DNA of 64,000 bases. Origin: Narcine bancroftii. Taxonomy: Eukaryota. The DNA is taken from NCBI RefSeq assembly GCF_036971445.1, contig NC_091469.1:377022001-377086000 (forward strand). Direction: 5' to 3'. Numbering within the stretch: position 1 is the stretch's first letter; the number at the start of each line of letters is the position of its first letter. The position numbers and the translations under genes were made by a program. The notes beneath the pieces are model-generated. The model ran no database searches, had not been told where the DNA came from, and worked only from the letters and a program-made list of their open reading frames with translations. Positions 62,941-64,000 of the stretch are shown piece after piece.

Positions 62941-64000
62941 GACCAGTTGGGAGGCAACGTCTCTGAGCGGCTGGAGAAGGATCCGCCGTGGCTCCTCCAT
63001 GTACTGAATGTGTTCGTCGCTGTCCCATCGCATACTTATCTCCTCGTTGAAGTCTAACCCCATCATCGCAACTGGTGAGTATGCACGCTCCCTGCCAGGG
63101 CACCTGGAGTGGGCCGCTGCTCTGTCATGGGGACAATTTATCTTCATGTGTAGGGGTTTCTTCTCCTTCGACGGGCTCTTGGAGTCAGTAGGACTTGATT
63201 CCACTCATTTGTGTGGGTTGTCAGTTGTCATCTGGCCCTGTGAAACTGGGTTGGCAGTAAAAGCTAAATCAGATACCCAGCAGTTGGGATGGAGTATTGG
63301 TTGAGGGGTTCTTCCAGCAGGACATCCTTGCCATCTCTCTCTTGACCAGTGGCATGATGGGTTAGGTTCCGGTGTCCGAATCTCGAATGTTGCGTGAAAT
63401 CTTGTTTCTTTGAACCAGGTACTGGTTATGACTTGCTGAAGCAGTACACAAATGTGCTGGAGAAGCTCAGCAAGTCATGCCGCATCCGTAGAAAGCAAAA
63501 GTCGGTCGACGTTTCGAGTTTGAGGCCTTCTTGATGCACGTGCCTTCCTTGTGACCCATCCTGTCCATCATACCTTCACAGAGGGTTGCATCCTTTCTAA
63601 CGCTGGCATTCATGCATTCATGGCTCAGCTTGTCTCCCTCTCTGAGGCACAGGCTGGAATTTTCTCAAGATTGGAGTAGAAATTCATCCTTACCTTAGCT
63701 TGTCTGATCCTTGTCGCATGCCTTACAGGAGGTGTTGAGGAAATACAGCCGACACCGTAAAACCCATCCATCCGGCTTCAGATTTCCCTTGAAGAAGCTC
63801 GTGGGTCCAGCATCTTTGTTATCCGAACTGGATGACACGTGTCTGATGCAGAGTTTCCACTGCTGAAGCTGACTGTGCCAGTCTTCCTGTTCCAGATACC
63901 AAACTCCTTTTGGGGCGAAAGATGCCCGTCCTTGATATAATGTGTGGAATAGCTGTTGTGCAACATCTCCAACACGGGTCTTGAACGAGTTGGCTCCTTT
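62940..64000 (-). mobile_element. Decayed RTE-clade LINE 5' part (APE endonuclease), with a Penelope-derived insert at about 63440-63530
   Basis: Frame-switching remnants FFKG, FYSNLEK..RGDKL, KDATLCEGMM, ERDGKDVL and WDSDEHIQ, matching the RTE endonuclease and tether region. Confidence 0.65.

Noticed and set aside
62788-63304. Head-to-head or upstream gene suggested by the ORF track
   Set aside because: The peptides resolve into frameshifted RTE endonuclease and tether remnants plus GC-rich promoter sequence.

Overview
Vertebrate genomic DNA. The repeat content (CR1, Penelope-derived and SINE families) suggests a cartilaginous fish, which is an inference. The window holds the promoter/CpG island and coding exons 1-7 of RANBP9 (RanBPM) on the minus strand (ATG at 62593; SPRY domain and start of LisH); the gene continues off the left edge. 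The introns are packed with transposable elements: four CsRn1-clade Gypsy LTR elements, a solo LTR, CR1, RTE, L1-derived, Rex1-like and Penelope remnants, hAT, Harbinger and Tigger MITEs, and SINEs. No new protein-coding system is supportable. The most unusual signals are: (i) a perfect 93 x 18-bp tandem array grown in frame out of a decayed Gypsy integrase; (ii) all three integrase-bearing Gypsy copies are disrupted at the same homologous position (array, templated patchwork insertion, small deletion); (iii) several short locally templated copies of nearby DNA; (iv) a retrotransposed L1 derivative in which the start of ORF2 is fused to its end.
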